Shown: piece after piece, positions 10,310 to 19,833 of the stretch | How positions within the stretch are numbered: position 1 is the stretch's first letter | Layout: each line of letters starts with the position of its first letter | Source: Pseudomonadota bacterium | Lineage (GTDB): Bacteria > Bdellovibrionota > Bdellovibrionia > Bdellovibrionales > JACTMU01 | Assembly (NCBI GenBank): GCA_014584465.1 | Contig: JACTMU010000102.1 | Span: 21,896 to 85,895 of the forward strand | Length of the DNA: 64,000 nucleotides | Reading direction: 5' to 3' | The notes under the pieces: model-generated | Database searches by the model: none | The model's input: the letters and a program-made list of their open reading frames with translations, nothing else | Told to the model about the DNA's origin: nothing | Program-made: the position numbers and the translations under genes

Positions 10310-11176
10310 ATGAAGATCAGTGGGTTTACGGTCATACGCAACGCATTGCTTATGGGCTATCCCATCGAAGAGTCCTTGCGAAGCATTCTCCCCTTGGTGG
10401 ATGAGCTGGTCATTGGAGTTGGGCAGTCAGAAGATGGAACCAAAGCCCTCATTGAGGGACTTAATGACTCGAAAATTCGAATCTTTGACTCCTTTTGGGA
10501 TCTCAACAAGACCCGAGGAGGGTTGATTCTGAGTGAAAAGACCAATGAGGCCTTAACCCACTGCAAACACAATTGGTGCTTTTACCTTCAGGCAGATGAA
10601 GTTCTTCATGAAAAGGATTACGAAAACATACTTAAGGCTGCTCGCAACTCTGAGCACAATCCGCGAATTGAGGGTCTTCTCTTTGGATACATCCATTTTT
10701 ATGGTTCACACAAGGTCATTGCCACCTCTCGAAAGTGGTACCGTAATGAGATTCGAATGATTAAAAAAGATAGCGGAGTACAGAGCTATCGTGATGCACA
10801 AGGTTTTCGGATCGAGGGAAGAAGAGTTCAAGTCGCAAAGGCCCATGCACAGATCTACCACTATGGTTGGGTCAAGCCTCCTTCGCAGATGGGTGTGAAG
10901 ACCAAACTTCTCAATCGGCTGTGGCACGGAAACAAGAGAGATTCCCACTTTGATCACTTTCAATATGATCGGGCCTATGGCTTGAGGTACTTTAAGGGAA
11001 CTCACCCCCAGGTTATGATGAACCGCGTAGCAAAACAGGATTGGGAATTTGATCCAACAAGAACCCTCAAGGACTGGACCCTTAAGGATCTTAGACTTTG
11101 GTCGAGTGACCTCATTGAACGAGGGTTCGGTTGGCGAATTGGAGAGTACAAGCCTTTTAAGTTGATCAAGAATTGA
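10310..11176 (+). CDS. Putative glycosyltransferase (GT2-like fold), function unknown
   Basis: The N-terminal segment ISGFTVIRNALLMGYPIEESLRSILPLVDELVIGVGQSEDGT...YLQADEVLHE resembles small nucleotide-sugar-transferase-like proteins. Assigned from pattern memory only. Confidence 0.45.
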   Translation: MKISGFTVIRNALLMGYPIEESLRSILPLVDELVIGVGQSEDGTKALIEGLNDSKIRIFDSFWDLNKTRGGLILSEKTNEALTHCKHNWCFYLQADEVLHEKDYENILKAARNSEHNPRIEGLLFGYIHFYGSHKVIATSRKWYRNEIRMIKKDSGVQSYRDAQGFRIEGRRVQVAKAHAQIYHYGWVKPPSQMGVKTKLLNRLWHGNKRDSHFDHFQYDRAYGLRYFKGTHPQVMMNRVAKQDWEFDPTRTLKDWTLKDLRLWSSDLIERGFGWRIGEYKPFKLIKN

Positions 11177-11210
11177 TCAAGTGATGATCAAGAGATGAGG
11201 AGATCCTTTG

Positions 11211-12119
11211 ATGAGTGATAAATCGAGAATTGAAACCGTAGAAATCGCCCCTCGACATTTTGTGGTGAAAACTGCGGGTCGTGAAGTGAGAATTGGAAGC
11301 AACGAACCACTTGCAGTGATTGCAGGACCCTGTGTGATGGACAGTCGCGACCTTGTCTTTCAAACAGCCCGACGTCTTGTGGAGATTTGTGATCGCCTCG
11401 GTGTTGGACTCATATTTAAGAGTTCTTATGAAAAAGACAATCGAGGCAGCGAAAAGAATTGGACCGGCCCCATGAAGAGTGAGGGGCTTACCATCTTAAA
11501 GGATCTTCGCCGAGAGTTTGGCATACCGGTCTTGAGTGACATCCACCGCCAGGAAGATGTTGAAGAGGCCGCTGAAGTTTTGGATGTTCTTCAGATACCT
11601 GCTTACCTTTGCCAGCAGACTTCACTCCTTCTGGCGTGTGGCAAAACGGGGCGTCCACTCAATGTCAAAAAGGGACAATTTCTTGCACCAGAGAATATGG
11701 CCGGCGCTGTCAGCAAGATTCGTTCGACCGGAAACCAAAACATATTGTTGACCGAACGTGGGGCCTGTTTCGGCTACAATCGCCTTGTTGCGGATCTACG
11801 TTCGATTCCGATCATGCAGGAGTTGGGAGTTCCCGTAGTGATGGACAGCACCCACATTGTCCGACTCTACGGAATCTCAAGCGCGGATCCCTTAGGGGGC
11901 GAGCCTCGCTTTGTTCCCCATTTGACTCTGGCAGGAGTTGCCGCAGGAGCAGACGCCCTCTTTATTGAAACTCATCCTAATCCACTCTCAGCAAAGTGCG
12001 ATGCTGCTTCTCAACTCAATCTCGTTCACTTTGAAAATTTACTTAAAATGGCCATGAATGTGAGGCAAGCCATCGGCAAGCCTGAATATGTAGGAACGAT
12101 GCAACCAGTGACTTTATGA
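11211..12119 (+). CDS. kdsA: 3-deoxy-8-phosphooctulonate (KDO-8-P) synthase
   Basis: KdsA/DAHP-synthase-I blocks: LAVIAGPCVMDSRD, IFKSSYEKDNR, DIHRQEDVEEAAEVLDVLQIPAYLCQQTSLL, NVKKGQFLAP, TERG, VMDSTH. A GAGGAG RBS precedes the ATG at 11211. Confidence 0.92.
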   Translation: MSDKSRIETVEIAPRHFVVKTAGREVRIGSNEPLAVIAGPCVMDSRDLVFQTARRLVEICDRLGVGLIFKSSYEKDNRGSEKNWTGPMKSEGLTILKDLRREFGIPVLSDIHRQEDVEEAAEVLDVLQIPAYLCQQTSLLLACGKTGRPLNVKKGQFLAPENMAGAVSKIRSTGNQNILLTERGACFGYNRLVADLRSIPIMQELGVPVVMDSTHIVRLYGISSADPLGGEPRFVPHLTLAGVAAGADALFIETHPNPLSAKCDAASQLNLVHFENLLKMAMNVRQAIGKPEYVGTMQPVTL

Positions 12120-13210
12120 AGACCTTTCGTCTCACACGATACCTTATACAGGAACTTCTTCCTGGATTGGTCCTTGGGGTTGTCGTCTTTGTCTTGATTC
12201 TACTTACCTTTCAGGCGCTTCGGCTTACGGAATTCGTACTAGTTCACGGAGTTGATCTTCAAACCATTGGAAAGATTGCAGGATTTTTGACAGTGAGTTT
12301 CCTCCCAGCGATTTTACCTATGAGCCTTCTCTTTTCCGTCATCCTTACTTTTGGGCGTTTGAGTATGGACTCAGAGATTGTGGCCTTTAAATCCCTTGGA
12401 TTCAACATGTGGTCCCTCTATCTCCCAACACTTCTTCTTGCACTCCTGGTCTCTTTCGTTTCGGCTAAAACGACTTTTGAACTTGCACCGTGGGGAAATC
12501 GAAAGTTCGAGATTCTCATCACTCAGCTTGGCGCCTCAAAGGCGGGGATCTCTCTAAGAGAAGGGACCTTCGCGGAAGGTTTTTTTGATCTGGTCATCTA
12601 CGCAAATCAGGTTGACTCAAAGAAGGGCTATTTGAAGGAGGTCTTCATTTATGATGAGCGAAAACCCGACAGCCCGCTCACCATCATTGCTCAAGAGGGC
12701 CTTCTCGTTCAGACCAAAGATCCCACAACTCAGAGAGCCTATTTGCGTCTAAAAAATGGGAACATCCATCGACAAACGGACACCTACCTTAAGATCAATT
12801 TCGAAACCTACGACATTCATCTCAATGCGCCTATCAAAACTGGATACGGCGAGAAATCAGCTCAATCCTTGACTCTCTCAGAGATTGACGCGTTTCTTGA
12901 AAAAGAAAATTCGAACCATCCCGACTATCTTCTCATTCACACAGAGTATCACAAGAGATGGGCTCTAACAGTTGCAGCTCTCCTTTTTGCTTTTGTGGGA
13001 GTGGGCCTTGGCACTCAAGCCAATCGTCGAGCCGTAAAATCGGGAGGGCTTGCACTCGCTATGGGAATGATCGTGCTCTACTGGCTCCTCTACGTGGTCG
13101 GTGACCATTTCGCTCGAACCCAAAGCTTAAGTCCAGCTCTTTCGGTCTGGCTCGGGAATCTCTTCTTCTTTCTTATGGGAGTCTGGTTTTTTCGCCGCAG
13201 CTGGATCTAG
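12116..13210 (+). CDS. LptF/LptG-family (YjgP/YjgQ) LPS export permease
   Basis: The six-TM plus periplasmic beta-jellyroll layout typical of YjgP/YjgQ. ATGA overlap with kdsA. Only one of the usual F/G pair is present here. Confidence 0.8.
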   Translation: MKTFRLTRYLIQELLPGLVLGVVVFVLILLTFQALRLTEFVLVHGVDLQTIGKIAGFLTVSFLPAILPMSLLFSVILTFGRLSMDSEIVAFKSLGFNMWSLYLPTLLLALLVSFVSAKTTFELAPWGNRKFEILITQLGASKAGISLREGTFAEGFFDLVIYANQVDSKKGYLKEVFIYDERKPDSPLTIIAQEGLLVQTKDPTTQRAYLRLKNGNIHRQTDTYLKINFETYDIHLNAPIKTGYGEKSAQSLTLSEIDAFLEKENSNHPDYLLIHTEYHKRWALTVAALLFAFVGVGLGTQANRRAVKSGGLALAMGMIVLYWLLYVVGDHFARTQSLSPALSVWLGNLFFFLMGVWFFRRSWI

Positions 13211-13382
13211 TGGTTCAACCAGTTCGTTTCCAAACGACAACGCCCTCACGACGAAGATCGAGCCAGCTTGGGAAAAAACTCAATGGACGAGGTACGAGTT
13301 CGCCTTCAATCTTTCACACCAACAACCGATACAGATTCTGTCACAAGATTGAATTTTGAGGCGAAAAACTATTGATGCCATT

Positions 13383-14873
13383 ATGAAATTTTGGAACCAA
13401 CGAGACCTCGAAGAGGCCTATGAACAGATTCGAACGCCTATACTGGTTGTGAGAAAACCGGGCGGGTTCATTGTCTCTGCCAACAGCTGTGCTGAAGATC
13501 TCACGGGTCGCTCCAAAGAGACCTTGATCAACCGACCTTTGCAAGACCTAGTTCATGGCAAGGATCGAGAACGAATCGCAGCGGCCATTGACACCGCTGT
13601 ACAGATCAAGAATGCAACAGAGTCCGATGTCACCATTCTACGTCAAAGTGGTCGAGAGATTTTTGCCGAAATCAACTTTAACACCATGGACGAAGTTGAT
13701 GATCTTGCCATCATATCCCTTCACGACATCACTCAAATCAAACTCTTTTCTGCAAAGATTGAACTTGCCAAAGAATATGTCGACAACATCTTTTACAACC
13801 TCTCCGACATCGTGGTCATTATGGACACCAAAGGGATCATTCGAGAGATCAATACGGCAGGACTTCGCCGATTCGGTATGTCCCGACAAGAGCTTCTCGG
13901 GAAATTCTTTTTTGATCTCGTTGAAAATGGAGCTGTGGCCTCAACCAAGATATTTCGAGTTCTAAAGAAAACAAAGCGAATCAACACCTACCCACTTCTT
14001 TTACGGACAACATCGCAGAACCACATTGATGCGCTTTTGTCAGGCTCGGTCATTGAATCTCCTGTCGATAACACTCATCAAGCGGTTCTAGTGATCTCAG
14101 ACATCACCAATTTGCGCAAAGCTCAAGATGAGAGAGAGCGAGCACTTAAAATGGTTGCGCAGACCTCAAAACTTGCAGCCGTAGGTCAACTCTCCGCGGG
14201 TGTAGCACATGAACTCAACAATCCCCTTGCCATTCTTCAAGGACTTACTGAGAACATTGAACTCTTCCTACAGGAGGATCCCTTACCTGTTGATGAACTA
14301 AGATCTCAGATCCACCCAATGTTGAACGCAATCGATCGTATGGCGAAAATCATAGCCAGCATGAAAAGCATGAGTCATTCGGTTCGATCCGAGTTTCAGT
14401 TTCACAATCTTCGAAAAATCATAGAAGAGGTCTCCTTTCTCGTGGAACATCAAGTCAAAACTCAAAGTATTGAGTTCATTGTGGATGTAAATCCCAGTGT
14501 GATGATCGAGTGCGATCCTTCGAAGGTACAACAGATTGTCCTCAACGTTCTCAGCAACGCTCTCCATGCCCTTCGAGAGAATTCCCGCAATCCGAAAATC
14601 AAAATCGCTTCCGTTCTGTATGAGAGAAAATCCTCACTCGACCTGACGATCTGGAACAATGGGGGCCCTATCCCGACGGAAGTTCAAGATCGTCTCTTTG
14701 ACCCATTTTTCACAACTCGAAGAATTGGCGAAGGCCAGGGATTAGGACTGTCCGTTGCCTATGACATCATGAGAGATCATGGTGGTATAATTGAAGTGAC
14801 AAGCTCAGAGACCGACGGTACGGCATTTACCCTGCACTTTCCTCGTGCCCGCATGGCCCTAAAAGTCGCCTAG
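13383..14873 (+). CDS. Cytoplasmic tandem-PAS sensor histidine kinase
   Basis: Two PAS-like segments, then an H-box (SAGVAHELNNPL), N-box (VLNVLSNALHAL), FDPFFTTR and G2 (GQGLGLSVA). The first in-frame ATG is 13383; the ORF-track TTG is 13356. The stop codon TAG lies inside the first REP unit. Confidence 0.88.
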   Translation: MKFWNQRDLEEAYEQIRTPILVVRKPGGFIVSANSCAEDLTGRSKETLINRPLQDLVHGKDRERIAAAIDTAVQIKNATESDVTILRQSGREIFAEINFNTMDEVDDLAIISLHDITQIKLFSAKIELAKEYVDNIFYNLSDIVVIMDTKGIIREINTAGLRRFGMSRQELLGKFFFDLVENGAVASTKIFRVLKKTKRINTYPLLLRTTSQNHIDALLSGSVIESPVDNTHQAVLVISDITNLRKAQDERERALKMVAQTSKLAAVGQLSAGVAHELNNPLAILQGLTENIELFLQEDPLPVDELRSQIHPMLNAIDRMAKIIASMKSMSHSVRSEFQFHNLRKIIEEVSFLVEHQVKTQSIEFIVDVNPSVMIECDPSKVQQIVLNVLSNALHALRENSRNPKIKIASVLYERKSSLDLTIWNNGGPIPTEVQDRLFDPFFTTRRIGEGQGLGLSVAYDIMRDHGGIIEVTSSETDGTAFTLHFPRARMALKVA

Positions 14874-14925
14874 GTGCCGCCTAGGTGCCTGCCGCCTAGG
14901 TGCCAGGCGTATTTTTCGGAGGCAG
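14871..14925. repeat. REP-like array abutting the RAYT (3 tandem cgcctaggtgc units running into the left 27-bp IR)
   Basis: The sequence taggtgccgcctaggtgcctgccgcctaggtgccaggcgtatttttcggaggcag is directly visible. Confidence 0.8.
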
Positions 14926-15606
14926 GGAGTCAACATAAGATGGGATTTTGCCTGTATTTTGGTTCTGAACAAATCGAAATTCATGTTTTTTGAGAGCTTT
15001 TCGAACACTCAATTCGTGTTCCTTTCCATCCTCGTGATTCAACCATCTCACTTGCTCATAATAATTCCCTGGAATGTACTCACCGAAACCTTGACGGTTG
15101 TTTTTAATGATAGATCGAAATTGTTCATGATTGGAGTTTAGCAAACTCCAATTATAACTCTCTACTCTTTCTGTTATATTTGCTCTAACAGGGTTTCGAC
15201 AAATGTACTTGTAAGCAAAAGCAAAATGCTCTGAACTTCGAATGATCGTCCAATGGTATCTGGCACCGAAGATTCGATTGATTCTATTGGAACTTCTAGC
15301 TACGGATCTGCTCGTTTCAGTCATGAAATACCTCATAGACTTAGAAATATTGGATTGAGGTGTGGATACCAGCATGTGGTAGTGATTTGACATCAAGAGA
15401 AACAGGTGCACCTCAATCTCATAGCGCTGAACTGTTTTTCTTAGAACATTAGCACAAATGCAAAACACCGTTGAAAGGGGAATTTCAAACCAATCACGAT
15501 TGTTGGTTCGCGCACATATGTGGTATGGGAAATGGTCAGAAAGCTCTACAATACGCCTGGGCATGACACTGCGAAGTTCAAGTATGGTGCCAGGTTCAAA
15601 ACTCAT
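14896..15606 (-). CDS. REP-associated tyrosine transposase (RAYT; IS200-like Y1 HUH transposase)
   Basis: HUH motif in LFLLMSNHYHMLV. Catalytic-Tyr helix AYKYICRNPVRANI, matching the Y..NPV signature of Y1_Tnp/RAYTs. Single-gene unit with lower GC than its neighbours. The last 9 codons are encoded by the flanking IR. Confidence 0.85.
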   Translation of the reverse strand: MSFEPGTILELRSVMPRRIVELSDHFPYHICARTNNRDWFEIPLSTVFCICANVLRKTVQRYEIEVHLFLLMSNHYHMLVSTPQSNISKSMRYFMTETSRSVARSSNRINRIFGARYHWTIIRSSEHFAFAYKYICRNPVRANITERVESYNWSLLNSNHEQFRSIIKNNRQGFGEYIPGNYYEQVRWLNHEDGKEHELSVRKALKKHEFRFVQNQNTGKIPSYVDSLPPKNTPGT

Positions 15607-15674
15607 TTATGATGAGTTCAGCAACAGAGTTGTCCGACTTTGATTCGCTGCCTCCGAAAAATACGCCTGGCACC
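14899..15674 (-). mobile_element. RAYT unit bounded by perfect 27-bp inverted repeats
   Basis: 14899-14925 (ggtgccaggcgtatttttcggaggcag) is the exact reverse complement of 15648-15674 (ctgcctccgaaaaatacgcctggcacc). Confidence 0.8.
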
Positions 15675-15758
15675 GTTTCGGTTTTCGGAAAAAGAACAGT
15701 AGGGACGCGATCTGCTTGATTTGAAGAGTTGTTGAAGTTTGCATCGTAATCTTGGACC

Positions 15759-16631
15759 ATGACGGATCAAGATCGAAGACTCTCTTTGCTAGCGGCGCTG
15801 AAGTTTCAATATCCTCTCAAACTGTTGGATTTAAAGATTCTTGCTCAATATGGTGGGGTTGAACTCGAGCTGATAGGGCGCGAACTGGAACCAGGTAGAC
15901 TCAAGGATTTTCTTCAAAAGGAGAGCAACTGGGTTCATTCATGTGAGAAGATCCTAAGATCCTGCCAGAAAGATAACCTGTCAATTCTTCACCCATTTCA
16001 TGAAGATTATCCAAAGGCATTCCTTGGATTTGACCTTCCACCCCTATTTCTTACACTTCGAGGAGCTCCTGTTTGGAAAGAGATTGATTTCGTGGCCGTC
16101 GTGGGGGCTCGGGAGCCCTCTGAGTCCACCCTTCTCTGGATGGATGCGGCCCTTCCCCAATTCCTCAAGAAATGTCCATGTGGTATTGTCAGTGGTGCTG
16201 CGCGAGGTGTAGACCAGAAGGCTCATGCAATTGCGGTGCGACTTGGAGTTCCCACGATTGCGGTACTGCCAGCGGGCATCTCTTCACCCTACCCGAGAGA
16301 TTTTTCGAAGTGGTACGATTCGATCCTCAAGACTGGTGGTGCCATTCTTAGTGAATATGCACCGAACACCACCATTCAGAGGCATCACTTTTATCATCGA
16401 AACCGATTGATCACTTGGCTCTCAAGATGGGTCCTGATCACCGAAGCCCGAAGGTGTAGTGGTTCTCTGCTCACGGCTCAATGGGCGCTCAAGTCTGGGA
16501 TCGACCTTTGCATCGTACCGGGCCACCCACAAGACGTCCGATACGCTGGCACACTCGATCTACTTTATGACGGTGCCCACCCAATCCGAAATCATCACGA
16601 TCTCTGCCTCTTTCATCAAAATGTCAAATAA
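15759..16631 (+). CDS. dprA: DNA processing protein DprA (Smf)
   Basis: DprA Rossmann-like core: VAVVGAREPS...GIVSGAARGVDQKAHAIAV...TIAVLPAGI...YP..N. Confidence 0.85.
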   Translation: MTDQDRRLSLLAALKFQYPLKLLDLKILAQYGGVELELIGRELEPGRLKDFLQKESNWVHSCEKILRSCQKDNLSILHPFHEDYPKAFLGFDLPPLFLTLRGAPVWKEIDFVAVVGAREPSESTLLWMDAALPQFLKKCPCGIVSGAARGVDQKAHAIAVRLGVPTIAVLPAGISSPYPRDFSKWYDSILKTGGAILSEYAPNTTIQRHHFYHRNRLITWLSRWVLITEARRCSGSLLTAQWALKSGIDLCIVPGHPQDVRYAGTLDLLYDGAHPIRNHHDLCLFHQNVK

Positions 16632-16646
16632 AACATTGGAGATACC

Positions 16647-17936
16647 TTAGAGGTCCATACCATCTAAGGAGGTGCGAATCATTGAGCGCTCTTTAACTCC
16701 AGTGAAATCTCCCGTCCCAATTGAATCCAGAGATTCCACGATGAGCGCCGTTGAAAACTTTGGAGTGACGCTCACGATTTGGATCTGTCCTATTTCACGA
16801 ATTCCATCAAAGATGATCGTGTCGGGGTAGCGCAATTTGCGATTCTCAATGACGGTGAGAACTTGCCCGACACTCAAACCGTGATTTGAACCGCGATTGA
16901 GATAGACGAAATCCTCATTTCCTAAGTTTCTTCGTTCCACTTCATAGGAGCCCCCGACGATCACCGAATAGATCGAGTTTCGAGTCCCCTGCATGTTGAT
17001 CGAATATTCTTGAAGCGGTTCTTCAATCACTTTATCACCCAACATGAGTGGCCTTATCGATGCATCCAAAGTGGCCCGGTAGATCTTACGATGTTGATCC
17101 ACAAGTTCGGTCAGAGTGACCACTCCCACAGATTCCACAATCACAGCACGAAGCCTCTCATTCACGGGACCACCGTCTCTTACAACACTTAGTTGTTCAC
17201 CGACCTCAAAACTGCTTTTAAGTTGCAAATAGAGACTCTGCATCGGGGCCGCAATCTTGTAGCTCGTCTCTATCTCTTTTACCGTGCCAACCGAGATCGG
17301 ATACTTTTCTGTGATGTAGGAGGGCACCGGGACAAAAATCTCCTCTTGTCGTACTGGAATGAGATCAATGCTCACTCCAGATTCGTCGTAGTTTCTCTGA
17401 GTCTTGTTCATTCCCTGCCATTGTGGCAAGCTGGGTGGCAAATTATGAAGAACTCGCGGATAAATGATCGATGGTGGCGGGATCTCCACCTGACCTAAAT
17501 TCACATGAGGTGCAGGCCTTACCGGAGTCGGAGGCGGTTGTGAGGTCCTCTTACCTTCAACGAGCATCTGAGGAGGAGCCTCTTCTCCGCCAGGAAAGAA
17601 GAGAAGCTTGGCTCCAGGCTCAATAAGGTGGGGATTTGGAATTTCTCCGTTGGAGGACCAGATTTGCGGCCAAAAGTAACTGTCACCAAAGAAGGTGTGA
17701 CTCAGATCCCACATCGTATCGCTCGGCTGAACGATGTAAGATTCACTGGATCTTTTCTTACCTATGGCCGTCTTAATATCGAGAGAAGAACGGTGGGTCT
17801 CGTAACTTTGAAACTCATTAAAGATCTTGCGCTCCACCTCAGAGTCCATCTGCGCCCGAGCGCACTGGAAAATGGGACTCAATGTGACGCCTCCACAGAA
17901 TACCAGAGTCAAAAATGAAGGAAACCGCACAGACAT
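16647..17936 (-). CDS. Secreted LysM-domain protein
   Basis: Signal peptide (FLTLVFCGGVTLSPIFQCARA). LysM motif YIVQPSDTMWDLSHTFFGDSYFWPQIWSSNGEIPNPHLIEPGAKLLF. Only a 3-nt gap to the upstream TPR lipoprotein gene. Confidence 0.75.
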   Translation of the reverse strand: MSVRFPSFLTLVFCGGVTLSPIFQCARAQMDSEVERKIFNEFQSYETHRSSLDIKTAIGKKRSSESYIVQPSDTMWDLSHTFFGDSYFWPQIWSSNGEIPNPHLIEPGAKLLFFPGGEEAPPQMLVEGKRTSQPPPTPVRPAPHVNLGQVEIPPPSIIYPRVLHNLPPSLPQWQGMNKTQRNYDESGVSIDLIPVRQEEIFVPVPSYITEKYPISVGTVKEIETSYKIAAPMQSLYLQLKSSFEVGEQLSVVRDGGPVNERLRAVIVESVGVVTLTELVDQHRKIYRATLDASIRPLMLGDKVIEEPLQEYSINMQGTRNSIYSVIVGGSYEVERRNLGNEDFVYLNRGSNHGLSVGQVLTVIENRKLRYPDTIIFDGIREIGQIQIVSVTPKFSTALIVESLDSIGTGDFTGVKERSMIRTSLDGMDL

Positions 17937-17939
17937 CTT

Positions 17940-18530
17940 CTACCTCATGAACTGAACTGCTTTTGTCGATTCTGGACTCCCCGGATAGGAGCTCACCACA
18001 AGTTCCATGGTTCTTTTCGCTATATCAAATTTTCCAAGTTTATTTTGCAACATTGCCTTGCCATAGAGTGCCGACACTTTTCGATTGCTCAAAGGATATT
18101 TCTCGATGATCTCATCAAGGTAGCGTTGTGCTTTGACACTATCTCCTTTGAAGAGCGCCAATGTTCCAGAAAGATAGAGAGCATCATCGACATAAGCACT
18201 TTTGGGATAGCCTTTCAAAAGGAGCTCCGTCACCTTCTCTAAGCTCAAGAGATCACCAGAGCGACTTAACTCGAGGACCTTCCTATAGAGAATCGCCTCA
18301 GGAAGTCTCTTCTTTTCAGAACTCGATTCAAGAATCTCTTTTTTGAGATACTCATTTTCTTCCTGTAGTTCACGCTGCGCACTTCGCTCTCGGTAGAGCT
18401 GCTCCTCCAATTTTATGACGCGTCGTCGGAGCCTCTTCACAACAATGTCTCCATCTTGGCGCACACTATCACTAAGAAGAGCACAGCCTTGAAACACAAT
18501 GGCGAAGAAAATCATCATCCATGAATTCAT
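17940..18530 (-). CDS. Lipoprotein with coiled coil + TPR (YbgF/CpoB-like architecture)
   Basis: Lipobox FQGC. Coiled coil (RRVIKLEEQLYRERSAQRELQEENEYLKKEI). TPR-like repeats (AYVDDALYLSGTLALFKGDSVKAQRYLDEIIEKYP...ALYGKAMLQNKLGKFDIA). Confidence 0.65.
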   Translation of the reverse strand: MNSWMMIFFAIVFQGCALLSDSVRQDGDIVVKRLRRRVIKLEEQLYRERSAQRELQEENEYLKKEILESSSEKKRLPEAILYRKVLELSRSGDLLSLEKVTELLLKGYPKSAYVDDALYLSGTLALFKGDSVKAQRYLDEIIEKYPLSNRKVSALYGKAMLQNKLGKFDIAKRTMELVVSSYPGSPESTKAVQFMR

Positions 18531-18832
18531 CTTCGTCTCCTCTCACGATCATAGCGGAATCGCACACAAATATGAAGGCACGGCGTAAAGTTACCATCCA
18601 AAGACTTGAAAAGGTGCCCGATTTTCCATCAAAGTTTCCTGCCCCGCTGAGCCATTTTGCACTTTTCCACACAAGATGTGGAAGAACCCGCCTGCTGGAC
18701 CTTAGACTCGTTTCTCCTATTGGCTTTCAGCGATTTGCTTACTAATTGTGCTTGCCTAACTTACTGATTTTTCTACACATTTAATGATTTCTTGGATTGC
18801 CTGTCAGAATCTGATCAGATCCCACTAGATAG

Positions 18833-18848
18833 TGCCTGGCGCGAAACT
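18833..18848 (+). repeat. Solo REP/MITE-terminus remnant (gtgcctggcgcgaaac)
   Basis: Matches the outer terminus of elements B and D, including the following ctgct seen in element D. Intergenic. Confidence 0.6.
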
Positions 18849-18903
18849 GCTCCGTCCCATAAATTGGCCGAAAGTCGTTCTCTAAAAACGCTACTTCAAC
18901 TCG

Positions 18904-19833
18904 GTGGAGCAAAGCGTGAGCCAGTGGGTTTGCATTGCTCTCTTTTTCACGATGCATTGGCTCATCCTCCCTTTTGTTTTTGTCCCCCTTTCGCTTTGGC
19001 TTGAAACGGAGAAGCTTCTGGCCCAAATTTCACTTCCACTCCACAGGTGGTGTGTTGCGGCCACACCAACTTCTCAATTCAGCGAGTTCACCTCAGCGTT
19101 GGTCTGTGGAAGCCCCTTGTCTGAGAGTCCATTTAAATTCCATTTGCAATCGGCAGGCCTCATTCACCTCATTGTTGTTTCTGGAAGCCATCTTCTCTTT
19201 GTGGAGGAGATCTTTTCATTCCTCTTGTCACCGTGTGGAAGGACTCGACCTTGGCTCTTGACTCTGATCTTGACACTCTATGCTCTCTTGGCTGGTGGCG
19301 AACCACCTGTGATTCGAGCTCTCATCTCACTTGGAGCGCGAACTCTGGTGCAGCGAGGAAAACTTCATTGGCCCGGCGATTTTCACGTCTTGGTGAGCGG
19401 CGTAGTCACACTTGCCCTCTTCCCCAGATGGATCACCTCCTACTCTTTGATGCTCAGTTGGGGAGCTGCTCTTGCGCTCTCACAATTTCGAAAGTTATCA
19501 ATCCATTTCGCAGTCTATCTCATACTGTTTCCGATCCTCTTGCCACTTGCACCACCTCACCCTCTCTCCATTTTCTTCAACCTTCTTCTTACCCCGATCT
19601 TGGGACTCCTTCTCTTTCCACTTTGTCTCTTGAACTACCTCCTTCCACCTCTGACGGTCATTACGGATGCTCTTTGGGAGAGTCTCTCTTTCATTCTCAA
19701 ATGGGTTATGACCTCCTCCCCCATCACTACTTGGAGCATTCCCCTTTGGCAGCCAGTGCTTTGGATCTATCTCTTGCTCCTCCACATTGGTTTTCACCAA
19801 AGACGTCTCATCCTGTGGAACCAAAAAATTTGA
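18904..19833 (+). CDS. comEC: ComEC/Rec2 membrane 'Competence' domain protein (N-terminal half of a split ComEC)
   Basis: Competence-domain core TSALVCGSPLSESPFKFHLQSAGLIHLIVVSGSHLLFV followed by multiple TM segments. The start (GTG 18904) is uncertain. The ORF ends at TGA 19831-19833. Confidence 0.75.
   Translation: MEQSVSQWVCIALFFTMHWLILPFVFVPLSLWLETEKLLAQISLPLHRWCVAATPTSQFSEFTSALVCGSPLSESPFKFHLQSAGLIHLIVVSGSHLLFVEEIFSFLLSPCGRTRPWLLTLILTLYALLAGGEPPVIRALISLGARTLVQRGKLHWPGDFHVLVSGVVTLALFPRWITSYSLMLSWGAALALSQFRKLSIHFAVYLILFPILLPLAPPHPLSIFFNLLLTPILGLLLFPLCLLNYLLPPLTVITDALWESLSFILKWVMTSSPITTWSIPLWQPVLWIYLLLLHIGFHQRRLILWNQKI

Noticed and set aside
14899-15674. Sigma-54 promoter reading of TGGCAC inside the REP motifs (also at 34439).
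   Set aside because: The -12 element TTGC is not present at the required spacing (TGGCACcgtttCGG and TGGCACtaaatAGG). The hexamer is simply part of the REP palindrome.
19233-19832. The N-terminal 200 aa of ORF 19233..20660 as a real coding extension.
   Set aside because: It overlaps the ComEC membrane domain in a different frame. That other frame carries clear Competence-domain motifs, while this one translates to S/L/P/T-rich low-complexity sequence.
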